This document shows positions 1-11,319 of a stretch of 64,000 bases of DNA, piece by piece. A model generated the notes under the pieces. It was not told where the DNA came from. It did not search any database and saw nothing but the letters and a program-made list of their open reading frames with translations. Origin of the DNA: Acidimicrobiia bacterium (GTDB lineage: Bacteria; Actinomycetota; Acidimicrobiia; Spongiisociales; ZC4RG35); contig CBDBCY010000002.1 in the NCBI GenBank assembly GCA_965203555.1, positions 1 through 64,000 of the forward strand, read 5' to 3'. The translations under genes and the position numbers were made by a program. Positions within the stretch are counted from its first letter, which is position 1; each line of letters starts with the position of its first letter.

Positions 1-1082
1 TGTACTCGAGGTCGTCGGGGCGTCTGCACAGGTAGGTCTCGACGTTGTGGAGCAGCGGCTCGGCGCCCAGGTAGTAGCGGATCATGTCGGGGACGAAGGC
101 ATAGACGCTCTTGTCATCGGCCACTCCGGTTCCCGGAGCGTTGACGACCGACACGTTCCCGAGGCGGGCGGCGTGCAGACAGGCCCGGGACCCCGAGCAG
201 CGAGTCGGGGCGGAACACCAGGGGATCCAGGAAGTCGTCGTCGACGCGCCGGTAGATCACGTCGATTCGTTTCAGTCCGGAGGTGGTGCGCATGTACACG
301 TACCCGTCCTCGACCACCAGGTCGCGGCCCTCCACCAGATCGGCGCCGATCTGGCGCGCCAGGAACATGTGCTCATAGAAGGCCGAGTTGTAGATTCCGG
401 GGGTGAGCAGCGCCATGGTCGGATCGGAGCGGCCCTCGGGCGCCAGTTCCCGCAGGGTCTGGGCGAGGATGAGTCCGTAGTTCTCGATGTCGCGCACGCC
501 CGAGAGCCGGTACAGGAGGCGGTGAGCGGACTTGGTCGCTTTCCTGATGGCGAGCATGTACGACACGCCGGAGGGGACCCGCAGGTTGTCCTCGAGGACG
601 CGAAAACCGTCGTTGGTGCGGACCAGATCGGTTCCGCAGACCGCCACCCAAACCCCGAGGGGCGCCCTGAATCCCCTCATCTCCAGGCGGTACTGGGGAC
701 AGTCCCGCACCATGTCCGCCGGTATCACTCCATCGGCGATGATGCGGGCCTCGCCGTAGATGTCCTCCAGAAAGCGATTGAGGGCGGCGAGTCGCTGCAC
801 CAGACCGGCGGTGAGTTCGCCCCATTCGGCGGCGGACATCACCCGGGGCACGCAGTCGATGGGGATGATGCGCTCGGTTTCCTCGTCGTCGCCGTAGACG
901 GTGAAGGTGATCCCTTCGTTGGTGAACGAGCGGGTGACCCACTCTCCGATGGCGCCCAGGTCGGCGGACGACATCGATCCCAGCGTGTCGTACAGTTCCC
1001 GGCAGTGGGGGTGCGGCGTGCCGTCGGCGCCGAACATCTCATCGAAGACGGTCTCATCGAGATCGTACGAATCGAAATTCAC
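1..1082 (-). pseudogene. Circularly permuted type 2 ATP-grasp protein (DUF404/DUF407), frameshifted near 180, runs off the window
   Basis: Motifs [38 protein letters not shown]. After ...LLGVPGL the conserved [38 protein letters not shown] continues in another frame to base 1. GTG start at 1082 with an upstream GAGGTAGG. Could be a sequencing error rather than a true pseudogene. Confidence 0.85.
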
Positions 1083-1163
1083 ACCTACCTCGCTCCTGCG
1101 ACGCGGCACTTGGGTTGAGCGTCCGACATCACTTCTCTACTTCCCTTTCCGTCTCCCTCCGGC
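1029..1163. repeat. Diverged direct repeat, copy 1 (5' end and leader of the ATP-grasp gene)
   Basis: gccgaacatctcatcg...agatcgtacg...cctacctcgctcc...tgggttgagcg.ccgacatcactt...tccctccgg recurs at 2416-2541. Confidence 0.9.
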
Positions 1164-1358
1164 CATCGAAATAGTGAGGAACGCCGGTTGCTGGAGACGA
1201 CGTGGTGTTGGTCGACACGATACCATTCCTGCTCTCAAGGCCACATAGTGGGTCGGATCAGGGTGAGTCGGGTAGGTAGTGGCACCCCAGGCTTCGGGGA
1301 GCGCCTGGGAGGTTCGGGGCTGCCTTAGCCCTGTGGGCGGGCAACTCTATGGGCGCTC

Positions 1359-1378
1359 TATATCCGGTTGGATATACT
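1359..1378 (+). promoter_or_regulatory. Palindromic operator overlapping a leaderless -10 box
   Basis: TATATCC-GGTT-GGATATA (1359-1376); TATACT at 1373-1378 lies 6 nt before ATG 1385. Confidence 0.65.
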
Positions 1379-1384
1379 GTGGGG

Positions 1385-1879
1385 ATGGAACCGGTTCGAG
1401 TGATCCGCGCCGCGGTGGGTTTGACTCAGCGGGATTTGGCTGATGCCGCCGGGACTTCTCAGCCGACGGTGGCGGCATATGAATCCGGTGCGAAGAGTCC
1501 CACCTGGCGCACCGTGGAGCGGATAGCGAGTTCGGTCAGCCTCGCCTGCTATCCCACCGTGGGAACGGCGTTGACCCGCGATCAGGAGAGAAGCCTGTAT
1601 CTTCATGCCGCCATTGCCAAGGAAGTGAGGGCTCGGGGGACCGAGGCGATCGAGATCGCCCGGCGAAACATCCTCCGGATGCGTTCGGTCAATCCGCATG
1701 CTTCGCCGCTCCTGGATGAATGGGAGCGGATTCTCCAAGGGACCACCGACCAGATCGTCGCCTGCATGCTCGATCCCGGCGACCATGGCCGGGATCTGCG
1801 ACAGGTCTCTCCCTTTGCCGGGGTGCTCACTGCCGCTCAGCGGGTTGCGGTTTACCGGTCGTTCAGGAGGGCGCGATGA
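1385..1879 (+). CDS. XRE-family HTH protein, putative antitoxin
   Basis: LTQRDLADAAGTSQPTVAAYESG HTH; C-terminal LRQVSPFAGVL; ATGA overlap with the next gene. Confidence 0.85.
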   Translation: MEPVRVIRAAVGLTQRDLADAAGTSQPTVAAYESGAKSPTWRTVERIASSVSLACYPTVGTALTRDQERSLYLHAAIAKEVRARGTEAIEIARRNILRMRSVNPHASPLLDEWERILQGTTDQIVACMLDPGDHGRDLRQVSPFAGVLTAAQRVAVYRSFRRAR

Positions 1880-2415
1880 ACAGAGAGCAGTTCGAACACG
1901 CCATCCGGGCTGCCGGGGCCATCATGGGCGAGAACGAACTCCTGGTGATCGGCAGCCAGGCTCTCCATGCATCGGTCCCCGACGTCCCACCGGAAGCGGC
2001 CCGGTCCATTGAAGCAGACATTGCTGCGTTGGATGATCCCGACGAACAGAAAGCCGACTTGATTGATGGGACCATAGGCGAAGTGTCGATGTTTCATCAG
2101 ACATTCGGCTACTACGCCCAGGGTGTCACCCGGTCCACGGCCATCCTGCCCCGAGGCTGGCGGGACCGCCTGATCAGATATGAGACACCGAACACCAATG
2201 GCGTGGTGGCCTGGTGCCTCGAGATTCACGACCTGTGGATCTCCAAAGCCATCGCCTCGCGTCGTAAGGACATCGAGTTCTGCGCCGCTCTAATCGCTGA
2301 AGACTTGGTGGATACCGACACCCTTGTCTGTCGCCTGGGCGAAGTCGGCGGCATCGAAGCCAAGAGGCGCCTCCACGTAGCCGGACTCATCCAGCGGCTG
2401 ACGGACCCTGGCTGA
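1876..2415 (+). CDS. DUF6036-type nucleotidyltransferase-like protein, putative toxin
   Basis: VIGSQAL...SIEADI NTase-like motif; FHQTFGYYAQGV, LPRGWRDRL, DLWISK...KD; coupled to the HTH gene. Confidence 0.8.
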   Translation: MNREQFEHAIRAAGAIMGENELLVIGSQALHASVPDVPPEAARSIEADIAALDDPDEQKADLIDGTIGEVSMFHQTFGYYAQGVTRSTAILPRGWRDRLIRYETPNTNGVVAWCLEIHDLWISKAIASRRKDIEFCAALIAEDLVDTDTLVCRLGEVGGIEAKRRLHVAGLIQRLTDPG

Positions 2416-2541
2416 GCCGAACATCTCATCGTGGACGGCCTCGTCCAGATCGTACGGTTCGAGAATCACGCCTACCTCGCTCCCGCGGACGTGGCACCTG
2501 GGTTGAGCGGCCGACATCACTTCCCTTCCGATCCCTCCGGT
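2416..2541. repeat. Diverged direct repeat, copy 2 (orphan 5' stub of the ATP-grasp gene)
   Basis: Minus strand encodes VILEPYDLDEAVHDEMFG versus VNFDSYDLDETVFDEMFG in copy 1; begins immediately after the TGA at 2413-2415. Confidence 0.9.
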
Positions 2542-2629
2542 CAACGATTGGTAAACCGTGCTATGGAGACCGACCGTCCTCAGCCGACCTGAGGCCCACC
2601 TCTTTGGGAAAGACGCCTGGACCTCCGAG

Positions 2630-3784
2630 TCAGGCGACCCCGGTCTGTTCCTCGGGGGGCATCAGGGTCTCGGCGATCAGGGTGTCCACCACGGCCTTTA
2701 TCGCCTCGTCGCCGGTGGCGCCGGAGTCCAGCGCCAAGCGGTACACGGCCAGTTGGCGGTCGGCCGACGTGCCCCTCCGGCAGATCGTCCGGATATGCTC
2801 GATTTCCTCGGTACACCCCAGCGCCCGGGAGTCGGGTCGGATCATGTGGATGAGCTCCTCCAGCAGGTCGGGGACCGGCACCAGGTCGCCCCGGCTGAAG
2901 TCGATCAACTCGCCTCCGACGCCGTAGCGCTGCGCCCGCCACAGGTTCTCCGACACCAGGAAATTGGTGTAGCCGCGCCACCGCAGGTTCTCCATCTTGT
3001 ACCTCCACAGCATCCGGAGAATGCAGACGTAGAGAGCCGCGATGGCCACCGTGTCCTCCATCCTGGTGGGAAGGTCGGTGACCCTCATCTCCAGGGTGGG
3101 GTAACGCTCCGACGGTCTGATGTCCCACCAGACCTTGGAGGAGTCCTCGATGACTCCCGCTCTCACCAGCACGCCCACGTTGTGTCTGAAGTCGGCCCAT
3201 GAATCGAGCTTCTCGGGCAACCCGGTGCGGGGCACCGCGCGGAACACGGACATGCGGTAACTCTTCAGACCGGTGTTGGTTCCCTCCCAGAAGGGCGAGG
3301 AAGTGGACAGAGCCAAAAGGTGCGGCAGGAAATAGGCGGCCTGGCCCATGAGGTCTATGCGCAATTCGGGATCTTCGATCCCCACATGCACGTGCATTCC
3401 GGAGATGATCAGGCGTCGGGTGACCTCCTGGAGGTCATGGCTCAGGGCCCGATAGCGTTCCCCTTCGGTGATCTTTTGGGTCCTCCATCTCGCCATGGGA
3501 TGGGTGGATGCGGCTATGGGGGCGAGCCCGTACTCCTCAGCGGCCTCGCTGACCGCCAGCCGCAACAGGCCGACGTCGGCGCGCAACTCCTTGACGTTTT
3601 GGCAGATCCCCGTGCCGATCTCGATCTGGGAGTCGAAGAGTTCGTGACTCACCAGCCCGTAGCGCAGTTCCGTGACCCGGTCCATCAGCCCGGGGGGCTG
3701 GGTGGAGATGAGCTCTCCGGTCTCCCGGTCCACCAGGAGGTACTCCTCCTCGACTCCCATCGTCCAGGCGGGTTCGTCAGTCAT
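2630..3784 (-). CDS. Carboxylate-amine ligase, glutamate-cysteine ligase family 2 (YbdK/GCS2)
   Basis: TMGVEEEY, GMHVHVG, SSPFWEG, WWDIRPS, TLEMRVTD; ATG 3784 after GGGAGG. Confidence 0.93.
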   Translation of the reverse strand: MTDEPAWTMGVEEEYLLVDRETGELISTQPPGLMDRVTELRYGLVSHELFDSQIEIGTGICQNVKELRADVGLLRLAVSEAAEEYGLAPIAASTHPMARWRTQKITEGERYRALSHDLQEVTRRLIISGMHVHVGIEDPELRIDLMGQAAYFLPHLLALSTSSPFWEGTNTGLKSYRMSVFRAVPRTGLPEKLDSWADFRHNVGVLVRAGVIEDSSKVWWDIRPSERYPTLEMRVTDLPTRMEDTVAIAALYVCILRMLWRYKMENLRWRGYTNFLVSENLWRAQRYGVGGELIDFSRGDLVPVPDLLEELIHMIRPDSRALGCTEEIEHIRTICRRGTSADRQLAVYRLALDSGATGDEAIKAVVDTLIAETLMPPEEQTGVA

Positions 3785-3869
3785 CTGCCCTCCCATTCTA
3801 AAAAGCCGTTCGGCACAGGACCCGCGAGTGCGATGGAGGGGCGCCTGGTGCCCGGTCTTCGGCTGGTTG

Positions 3870-4110
3870 GCGGTTCTGGGGGTGGTGTGGTGGCATTTGG
3901 CGCCTACCCACTGGCTGGACGGGGGGCCTGTTCTGAGGTGCTTCTTCCTATGTAGGAGCGTCTGAACACTCCGGTGGCTATGTCGTTCTGGAGGCCGATG
4001 ATGGTGCAGGTGGTGATTCCGCCTTGGATTGTGATGCCGTCGTTTTGAAGCCCAGGGGTCCTGACGGTTGGCCCGGATACCGGATTGTCGGCTCCAGTGA
4101 TCGCCATCAC
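3870..4110 (-). pseudogene. Possible degraded fibronectin type III-like fragment
   Basis: Short frames read NDGITIQGGITTCTIIGLQNDIATGVFRRSY then SSQWVGAKCHHTTP, resembling the Fn3 TSYTITGL segment; frames are broken. Confidence 0.3.
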
Positions 4111-4155
4111 CGGCGTGGGGCGTGTCTGATGCTTCGGACGACTCGGAATCCAGGG

Positions 4156-4674
4156 TCAATACTCAACTAGTGGCCACTCCTCCCGTAACTCCCATAAGAG
4201 ATCCCCTGTCTTGCATCTTCCTACAAACACAGCCATTATGTTGTCCTGCCCTGTAGATGAGGGCGACAGAATCGCTTGGAACCCTGACAGATACGCTTCT
4301 CTACCTATCCTCTGACATTTTTGATGATTGTAGGATATCAACTCGTCCTTGGATACCTCTGCCGCCTCCCTAGCTTCTGATGTAGTGAGATCCAGCACTC
4401 TGTCCAGATCCACCAGATACTCATAAAGGTTTTTGCGGGGCACGGTAACCGGAATGGCATACTCTCGGGCGACATGAGATGCCCTATCGAGAATCTTGTC
4501 GTACTCAGCTACAGCACAGGCCCTGGTAGTGCAAAGATAGACAGTGAACACTCCCCTGGGATTGAATCTCCCCCCGTTCCACCATGCCCCCGCCCCGTTT
4601 GACGGGTGATGTTCTGGATTGCAGTGTCTCCAGGCTGCGCCCCTGTAGGCGACTGCCGGAGCGTCTATTACCAA
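4156..4674 (-). CDS. RES domain toxin
   Basis: GAWWNGGRFNP, VYLCTT..AVAE, VLDLT, CQRIG, AILSPSS; visibly lower GC than the flanks. Confidence 0.9.
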   Translation of the reverse strand: MVIDAPAVAYRGAAWRHCNPEHHPSNGAGAWWNGGRFNPRGVFTVYLCTTRACAVAEYDKILDRASHVAREYAIPVTVPRKNLYEYLVDLDRVLDLTTSEAREAAEVSKDELISYNHQKCQRIGREAYLSGFQAILSPSSTGQDNIMAVFVGRCKTGDLLWELREEWPLVEY

Positions 4675-4683
4675 GAGGACGGA

Positions 4684-4980
4684 CTAGGCGGGAATGAAAT
4701 CGGCTTCAACGGCAAGAAATCCATGAGCGCCCCGGTAATCGCGGCTTCTGAGGAAATCCATGAGCGTTCCTCGGTTTCCGCGCTGAAGACCCGGCTGCCA
4801 AGGAACATACCTTTCGCCGGGATGGTACATTCGGATCACTTTGTCTATAACCAACCGAATGCTGTCAAAGTCGTGCCGAGACACGCCTTGGGGGCAGGAC
4901 ACCTCGTCAGGTCCCTTTTCCAGCATTTCGCTCACCAACTCGTCCAAGTTCGCATCATGCTCGGTTTGCGCCCATGTCAT
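4684..4980 (-). CDS. Putative Xre/MbcA/ParS-type antitoxin
   Basis: 98 aa ORF ending 9 nt upstream of the RES gene; C-terminal ...TLMDFLRSRDYRGAHGFL resembles the toxin-binding domain. Confidence 0.55.
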   Translation of the reverse strand: MTWAQTEHDANLDELVSEMLEKGPDEVSCPQGVSRHDFDSIRLVIDKVIRMYHPGERYVPWQPGLQRGNRGTLMDFLRSRDYRGAHGFLAVEADFIPA

Positions 4981-5228
4981 GCCGCCTATGCTAATCCCTT
5001 CTTCCAGGGGACAGCGAGGAAAAGGCAACGCACCCGCCTGTCGGCGTCCCAGTTCCCGGAGAAGAGTCCGGCTGCTCTTGTCGGTCGTCTGGGCGGTTGC
5101 CGCAGCAGTGCGTGGGCGATGTTGCGCTGCTCGGCATCGAACAGGTCGCCACGGGTGCCGGTGTAAACCTGTGACCCGCCTCGTGGAAAGGATGCCTGGA
5201 CGGGCGAATAGACTCTCGCGGAGCAATC

Positions 5229-6383
5229 GTGATCATTCTGGCTGACGGCAGGACCGGCGAGTTCGCCCAGCGGACCGACGACACGGAGAAGCTGTGGGTG
5301 CGAATCGACGACCTCCCTCGCGCCACCGGCTGGGAGATGAAACTGCACGGCATGTGCCTGGGCGACCTGTGCGTACCGCTGCCGGCGAACAGACTCGAAG
5401 AGTGGATCGTCGACGCCGACCACCGGGTGTGGTTCTGCTACTCGGACTTCGCGGACATGATCGGCCAGAAGCACGCGCGCGACGGCGAGGTGTGGAGCCT
5501 CGGCTCGGTGCCCCAGGTCCGCAGCACCGGGTTGGAATCCGCAATTGCACCGGACTTCGAGGTGACCGAGCGCAACGGCCACACGTTGAGACTGTCGGAC
5601 TTGCGCGGCCGGAAGGTGGTGCTGTTCACCTGGTCGTCGTGGTGAGGGTGCCGTTTCAGTCTGCCGGTCTGGCAGGAGTTGTACGAATCGATCGGTCCGG
5701 ACCGGTTCGAGCTGATCAGCGCGGCACAGGACTCGGGGGGTGCCAAGGCCGTGGACAAGTGGTTCGACCGGGCGTCGCCGAGCTTCCGGTGCGTGGTCGA
5801 CCCGACACATCAGATAAGTTCTCTGTTCGGCTGGGTGAACGTGCCGTCGGCGGCGTGGATCGACGAGGAGGGGACCATCGTGCGCAGCAACGAAGGGGTG
5901 TATCCGGGTGAGATGACCATCGGGTTCGGTCTCGGCAAGGTCCGCCTCGGCGACGGCGCGTTTGCGGAGGCGACTCGTGACTGGATCGAGCGGGGGGCCG
6001 ACAGCGAGCACGTCTGGTCGAGCGCGGAGTTGGCCGAGCGGCTCAAGCCGGTCGACGACGACGCTCGGTTGGCGGAAGCGACGTTCAAGCTGGCGTTGCA
6101 CTTCGAGGCGGTGGGCGACGGTGAGCGCGCGTTGCGGCACTTCTCAGCGGCGCAGCATTTGGCGCCTGACAACTGGAACTACCTGAGGCAGGGCTGGACG
6201 CATCGGGGATCGCTCTATGCCAACTTGAAGGTGCTGAGGCGGACGAACAACCTGCGCAAGAACTCCGAGAAGAGCTTTTACGATCCTATGGGGTTGCCCG
6301 GTGAGAACTATCGGCGGTTCACCGAGCCCGAGTGGCTGTGGACCCCTGCCGTCCGGCGCATCAAACAACTCCTCCGCCGTTAG
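5229..6383 (+). CDS. Selenoprotein, ResA/TlpA-like thioredoxin fold with UGC motif and TPR-like tail (Sec at TGA 5643-5645)
   Basis: ORFs 5229-5645 and 5679-6383 are in one frame, separated by a single TGA: APDF...LSDLRGRKVVLFTWSSW-U-GCRFSLPVWQELY; SECIS-like hairpin downstream; tRNA-Sec in the window. Confidence 0.9.
5661..5675 (+). promoter_or_regulatory. Bacterial SECIS-like hairpin
   Basis: CTGCC-GGTCT-GGCAG; loop starts with G, 20 nt after the UGA. Confidence 0.75.
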
Positions 6384-6420
6384 AGGGGCATGACGCGGCT
6401 ATTTGGGGCATCGTGGTGCT

Positions 6421-9207
6421 TCACTCATCGACGCTGAGCGGTCGGTCACCGGCGCCGGGCTGGTTATTGTCGGCTTCTACCTGCTCGGTCTCGGTGGAGG
6501 CTGCGGGGGGAACCGGGGCGAAGTAACCGACGATTAGGAGCAGCAGGCCTACCCCCAGGAACGACACCACCCTCGCTACCGTTCCGGTGTTGCTGAGGTC
6601 GAACAGGAACAGTTTGACGACCACCACTCCCATGAGCGAAGCGCCGCCTACCCATACGATCCTCCGGGCAGAGCGTCCGCCGACCATCATCCCGGTCAGG
6701 CCGGTCAGCCCCCACACGATGGACAGGGAGGCTTGGAGGGTGGTGGACGCAGTCATCGACTCGAGGTCGAACGGGACCCCCTGCCAGTGGTGAACCGTCC
6801 GTGCCACGGTCATGGTCAGCAGGACGACGCCGGCGACGGCCAGCCCGGGCGCCCAGTTTGCGGCGACGAACTCCTCGAGTGGATGGTTCGTTTCGGAGGC
6901 GGCCAGTTTCTTCCAGGCCAACGCTGCGACCACAACGAGGGCGGTAAGGATTTCCAGGGGATTCAACAGTGGCAGGTGGGTGAGCGGTGGCGCTTCGCCG
7001 CTGGATGTCAGGTTGATGGACAGCACCGTGAGAGCCAGCGCCAGGACGACCGGACCCGTGCACCCCATCAGATACGTTTGCCGACATGCCTTCAGAGGCC
7101 ATGCCAATCTGTCCCGCGCCAGCAACGTTCCACCCACCAGCGCCAGGAACCCCGCCAGCGCCGCCGTAATCGGCCATACACCGGTGGCGATTCGATCGAC
7201 CTGCCAGTGGATCTCGGTACCGAGCAAGACCGCCAAGACCCAGTAGCCGGTGACGTGCATCGCGGTCACGACCTGGGGAAACTCGCTGCCTCGTAGGCGC
7301 AACACCGAGTAGTAGACCACCAACGCAACGGTCCAGGTCGCCCAGCCACTCGTCTCGAACGGGTGGTCCTGGAAGACCAGCGCCAGAATGAACGCCAAGG
7401 GTAGGACCGCAAGCAATAGGATCCCGGAGGCAGCCAGTTTCGGCCAGCGGATCAGGGGCGCCGCCAAGGCCATTGCTCCGAGGGAGACCGCAACGAAGGC
7501 TATCGACGCGTTGACCCTCCCATCCTCGGGTACCTGGCCGACGACCTCCACCAGCCCACCCAGCAGCCACCATCCGATCCCCCAGAACAGAAAGAACCAG
7601 GGAGCGTCCTTGCTGCCGTTGAACAGGTCTTCCCTCCGGTCGACTATCCGAGAGGTGAACAATCCCGTGCCGGCCAGCAGCGCAGCCCCCAGGAAGTACC
7701 CGTTGATCAGAACGGTCGTGCCGTCCGGGTAGGGCAGCGAATCGGAGAGATACCCGAGGAAAACGCCTCCGGAAAGAAGTTGTAAGAAACCGCCGCCCAC
7801 GACAAAGATGAAAAGACCGTGGCGAAGGCCCACCCAGACCATCATGGCCGCCTGCAAGGCCCAGACCGCCGACGCATACTGGGCATCGAACGCCAAGGGT
7901 GCTGCGATTGCCAGGAAGGTCATCGCCAAGGCCCAATAGACGCCGACCAAATTCCGAGCCTCCTTGCCGAACCGGTGGACCACCACCGCAAACACTCCAT
8001 GGATCACTGCCAGCGACGCCGCGCTGGTTGCCGTCCCATACTCGATGTGGTCAGTCAGAAGGAACTGGAAACCGAGACCGATGAAGGGGACACCGAACAG
8101 CAACGGGCTGGCCATCGGGTCCCCGATCCTGGGAGATCGCCGGAGGGCCATCAAGAGCGGGATGGTCATGTACAGGAGTATCAGCACGGCGATCAAAGGC
8201 TGAGTGGTCGCCCAGCCCTCTTCCTCGTATCTGTACAACAACCAGAAAGCGGTCAACCCGACGGTGAAGCCCAGACCCACCAGATTCAGTACGGGCCAGA
8301 TCTTGAACCATGCCACCGCCACTATGGCGGCGCTCAAGATGATGTAAAAGCCGAACACCAGGACGTGATCACTCGCATCCGAATACGCCAGAATCGGAGC
8401 GAGAAAGCCCCCGGTTATACCGAGCACTGCCAGCGAACGGGAGTCCTGTGCTACGGCCAGCACGCCGGCGCCCAGGGTGATAACTATCACCGAACCGGCG
8501 GCGACCGAAGCCGGCAGCAGGTCGTATACCGCGTGCGCCATGTAGGTGGTCAGGTAGAGGACCCCGATCCCGCCACCCTGGAGGCTCAACCCGTAGACAG
8601 CGTTGCGAGGTCGCACCCGCCATCCCATCACCAGCAGCAGCACGCCGGCCAGGGCAACCAGCAAGTGGCGCACTCCGATGGATAGGGTGATCCAACCCTG
8701 TTCCAGGGCAACGCCGAGCAGGAACCCCAACCCGATGAGCGAGAGCAGCACCCCCACTTTGACAGGTACGTTCCCGGTGGTCGCCCAGGTCTTGACCGGC
8801 ATGAACAGCCGGGCCAGGCCCCCGAACGAAGGACGCTGGTAATAGGCGACGGGTGGTTGTACTGCCGTCGGTATTTCGGCAGCGGACGGCTCTGCAGCTG
8901 CGACGGGTGGCGGTTCGACCCGAGGGGACGGTTCAGGTTCGACAGCGATGGGAGGGACATCGGCCGGGAGCCTTGTGCCAGGCGGTTCTGGTTGCTCTTC
9001 GTCCCGCGCCGAACGAGGAATGGGCCGGCCGGCGTCGGTGACTATCCCCGATGTGACCCGAGTTTCTTCGATCTCTCGGAGCCGGCGCCGCAGCTTAACC
9101 ACTTGGGCGGTGAGGAACCCCACCAGACCACCGAACATAAAGCCCCCGCCACCCTCCAGCAACAGAGCGCCCAAAATCAAGCCAACGACTGTAAAGGCTA
9201 TGGTCAT
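6421..9207 (-). CDS. DUF2339 polytopic membrane protein
   Basis: 928 aa with many TM segments; GNVPVKVGVLL, LQGGGIG, GGFLAPIL, KLFLFDLS...RVVSFLGVG. Confidence 0.88.
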   Translation of the reverse strand: MTIAFTVVGLILGALLLEGGGGFMFGGLVGFLTAQVVKLRRRLREIEETRVTSGIVTDAGRPIPRSARDEEQPEPPGTRLPADVPPIAVEPEPSPRVEPPPVAAAEPSAAEIPTAVQPPVAYYQRPSFGGLARLFMPVKTWATTGNVPVKVGVLLSLIGLGFLLGVALEQGWITLSIGVRHLLVALAGVLLLVMGWRVRPRNAVYGLSLQGGGIGVLYLTTYMAHAVYDLLPASVAAGSVIVITLGAGVLAVAQDSRSLAVLGITGGFLAPILAYSDASDHVLVFGFYIILSAAIVAVAWFKIWPVLNLVGLGFTVGLTAFWLLYRYEEEGWATTQPLIAVLILLYMTIPLLMALRRSPRIGDPMASPLLFGVPFIGLGFQFLLTDHIEYGTATSAASLAVIHGVFAVVVHRFGKEARNLVGVYWALAMTFLAIAAPLAFDAQYASAVWALQAAMMVWVGLRHGLFIFVVGGGFLQLLSGGVFLGYLSDSLPYPDGTTVLINGYFLGAALLAGTGLFTSRIVDRREDLFNGSKDAPWFFLFWGIGWWLLGGLVEVVGQVPEDGRVNASIAFVAVSLGAMALAAPLIRWPKLAASGILLLAVLPLAFILALVFQDHPFETSGWATWTVALVVYYSVLRLRGSEFPQVVTAMHVTGYWVLAVLLGTEIHWQVDRIATGVWPITAALAGFLALVGGTLLARDRLAWPLKACRQTYLMGCTGPVVLALALTVLSINLTSSGEAPPLTHLPLLNPLEILTALVVVAALAWKKLAASETNHPLEEFVAANWAPGLAVAGVVLLTMTVARTVHHWQGVPFDLESMTASTTLQASLSIVWGLTGLTGMMVGGRSARRIVWVGGASLMGVVVVKLFLFDLSNTGTVARVVSFLGVGLLLLIVGYFAPVPPAASTETEQVEADNNQPGAGDRPLSVDE

Positions 9208-9577
9208 GCCGACTGGTTTCCCATCTTCCTACCCTACCGAAGAGCAGCACAGGAGCGAGGCCGGAGCAGGGTTGGTTGGCGGTAATGGGCATCCGCTACG
9301 GACCAAAGCCAATGGAGTCGCAACCCTTCACGTTCTCCAGGCAGGACATGGATCAGTGTTGATTAAAGAACCAAACGGGAGGACTGTTCCCTGCATCCGA
9401 CCGGCGCGTCCCTGCAACCCGTGGCGCAAAGGATGCGACGACCGCGCCAGGATCCACGTTTCCGGGAGCCTCGTTCATGCGAGTCTCGCAAACGGGGCAT
9501 ACCCTCTGTTTTGACTCGGCGGATGTCGGCGCCCGCTGAGCCGAGTGGTCCGGTTCAGAATTGGCGCTTCGGATCGT

Positions 9578-10939
<1,362 letters not shown>

Positions 10940-11319
10940 TAGGTGTCCATTCCGGGGTTGGAGACGTTCCTGGCGCCTTGGCGCATTTTAGGTTTACCGA
11001 AGCTCTTGTTGGGGGATGGGTTCGCGGTCCCATCGTCCGGTGCATGCGGTGTTCGCTGTCACAATGAACGAATCAGCAGCCACCAAGGGACTTGCCGAAG
11101 CGCCCGCTGCGTTGGCGTCGTAACATAGCCGGGAGCACTTTTGATACGTCCGCCGGCTACGGGACATGCACCAGGAATCACAGGGCCGATCGGTGAACCG
11201 GATGCCCTGACCTGTTGACAATCCTGCTCCGGTCCACGGCGCCTGGATGCAGCAACAACTCTGTCCGGCACTCGGCCACACAAGTCCCCTATATTTTGGA
11301 GCGCCGTCAGGAAGGATCG

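Noticed and set aside
3785-4159. N-terminal extensions of the 509-aa ORF (likewise the 529-aa DUF262 and 438-aa PNP ORFs)
   Set aside because: Homology and RBS begin at the downstream ATGs; the extensions are open-frame run-ons in high-GC DNA
9450-9462. GGATCCACGTTTC shared with 40141-40153
   Set aside because: An isolated 13-mer with no extended similarity
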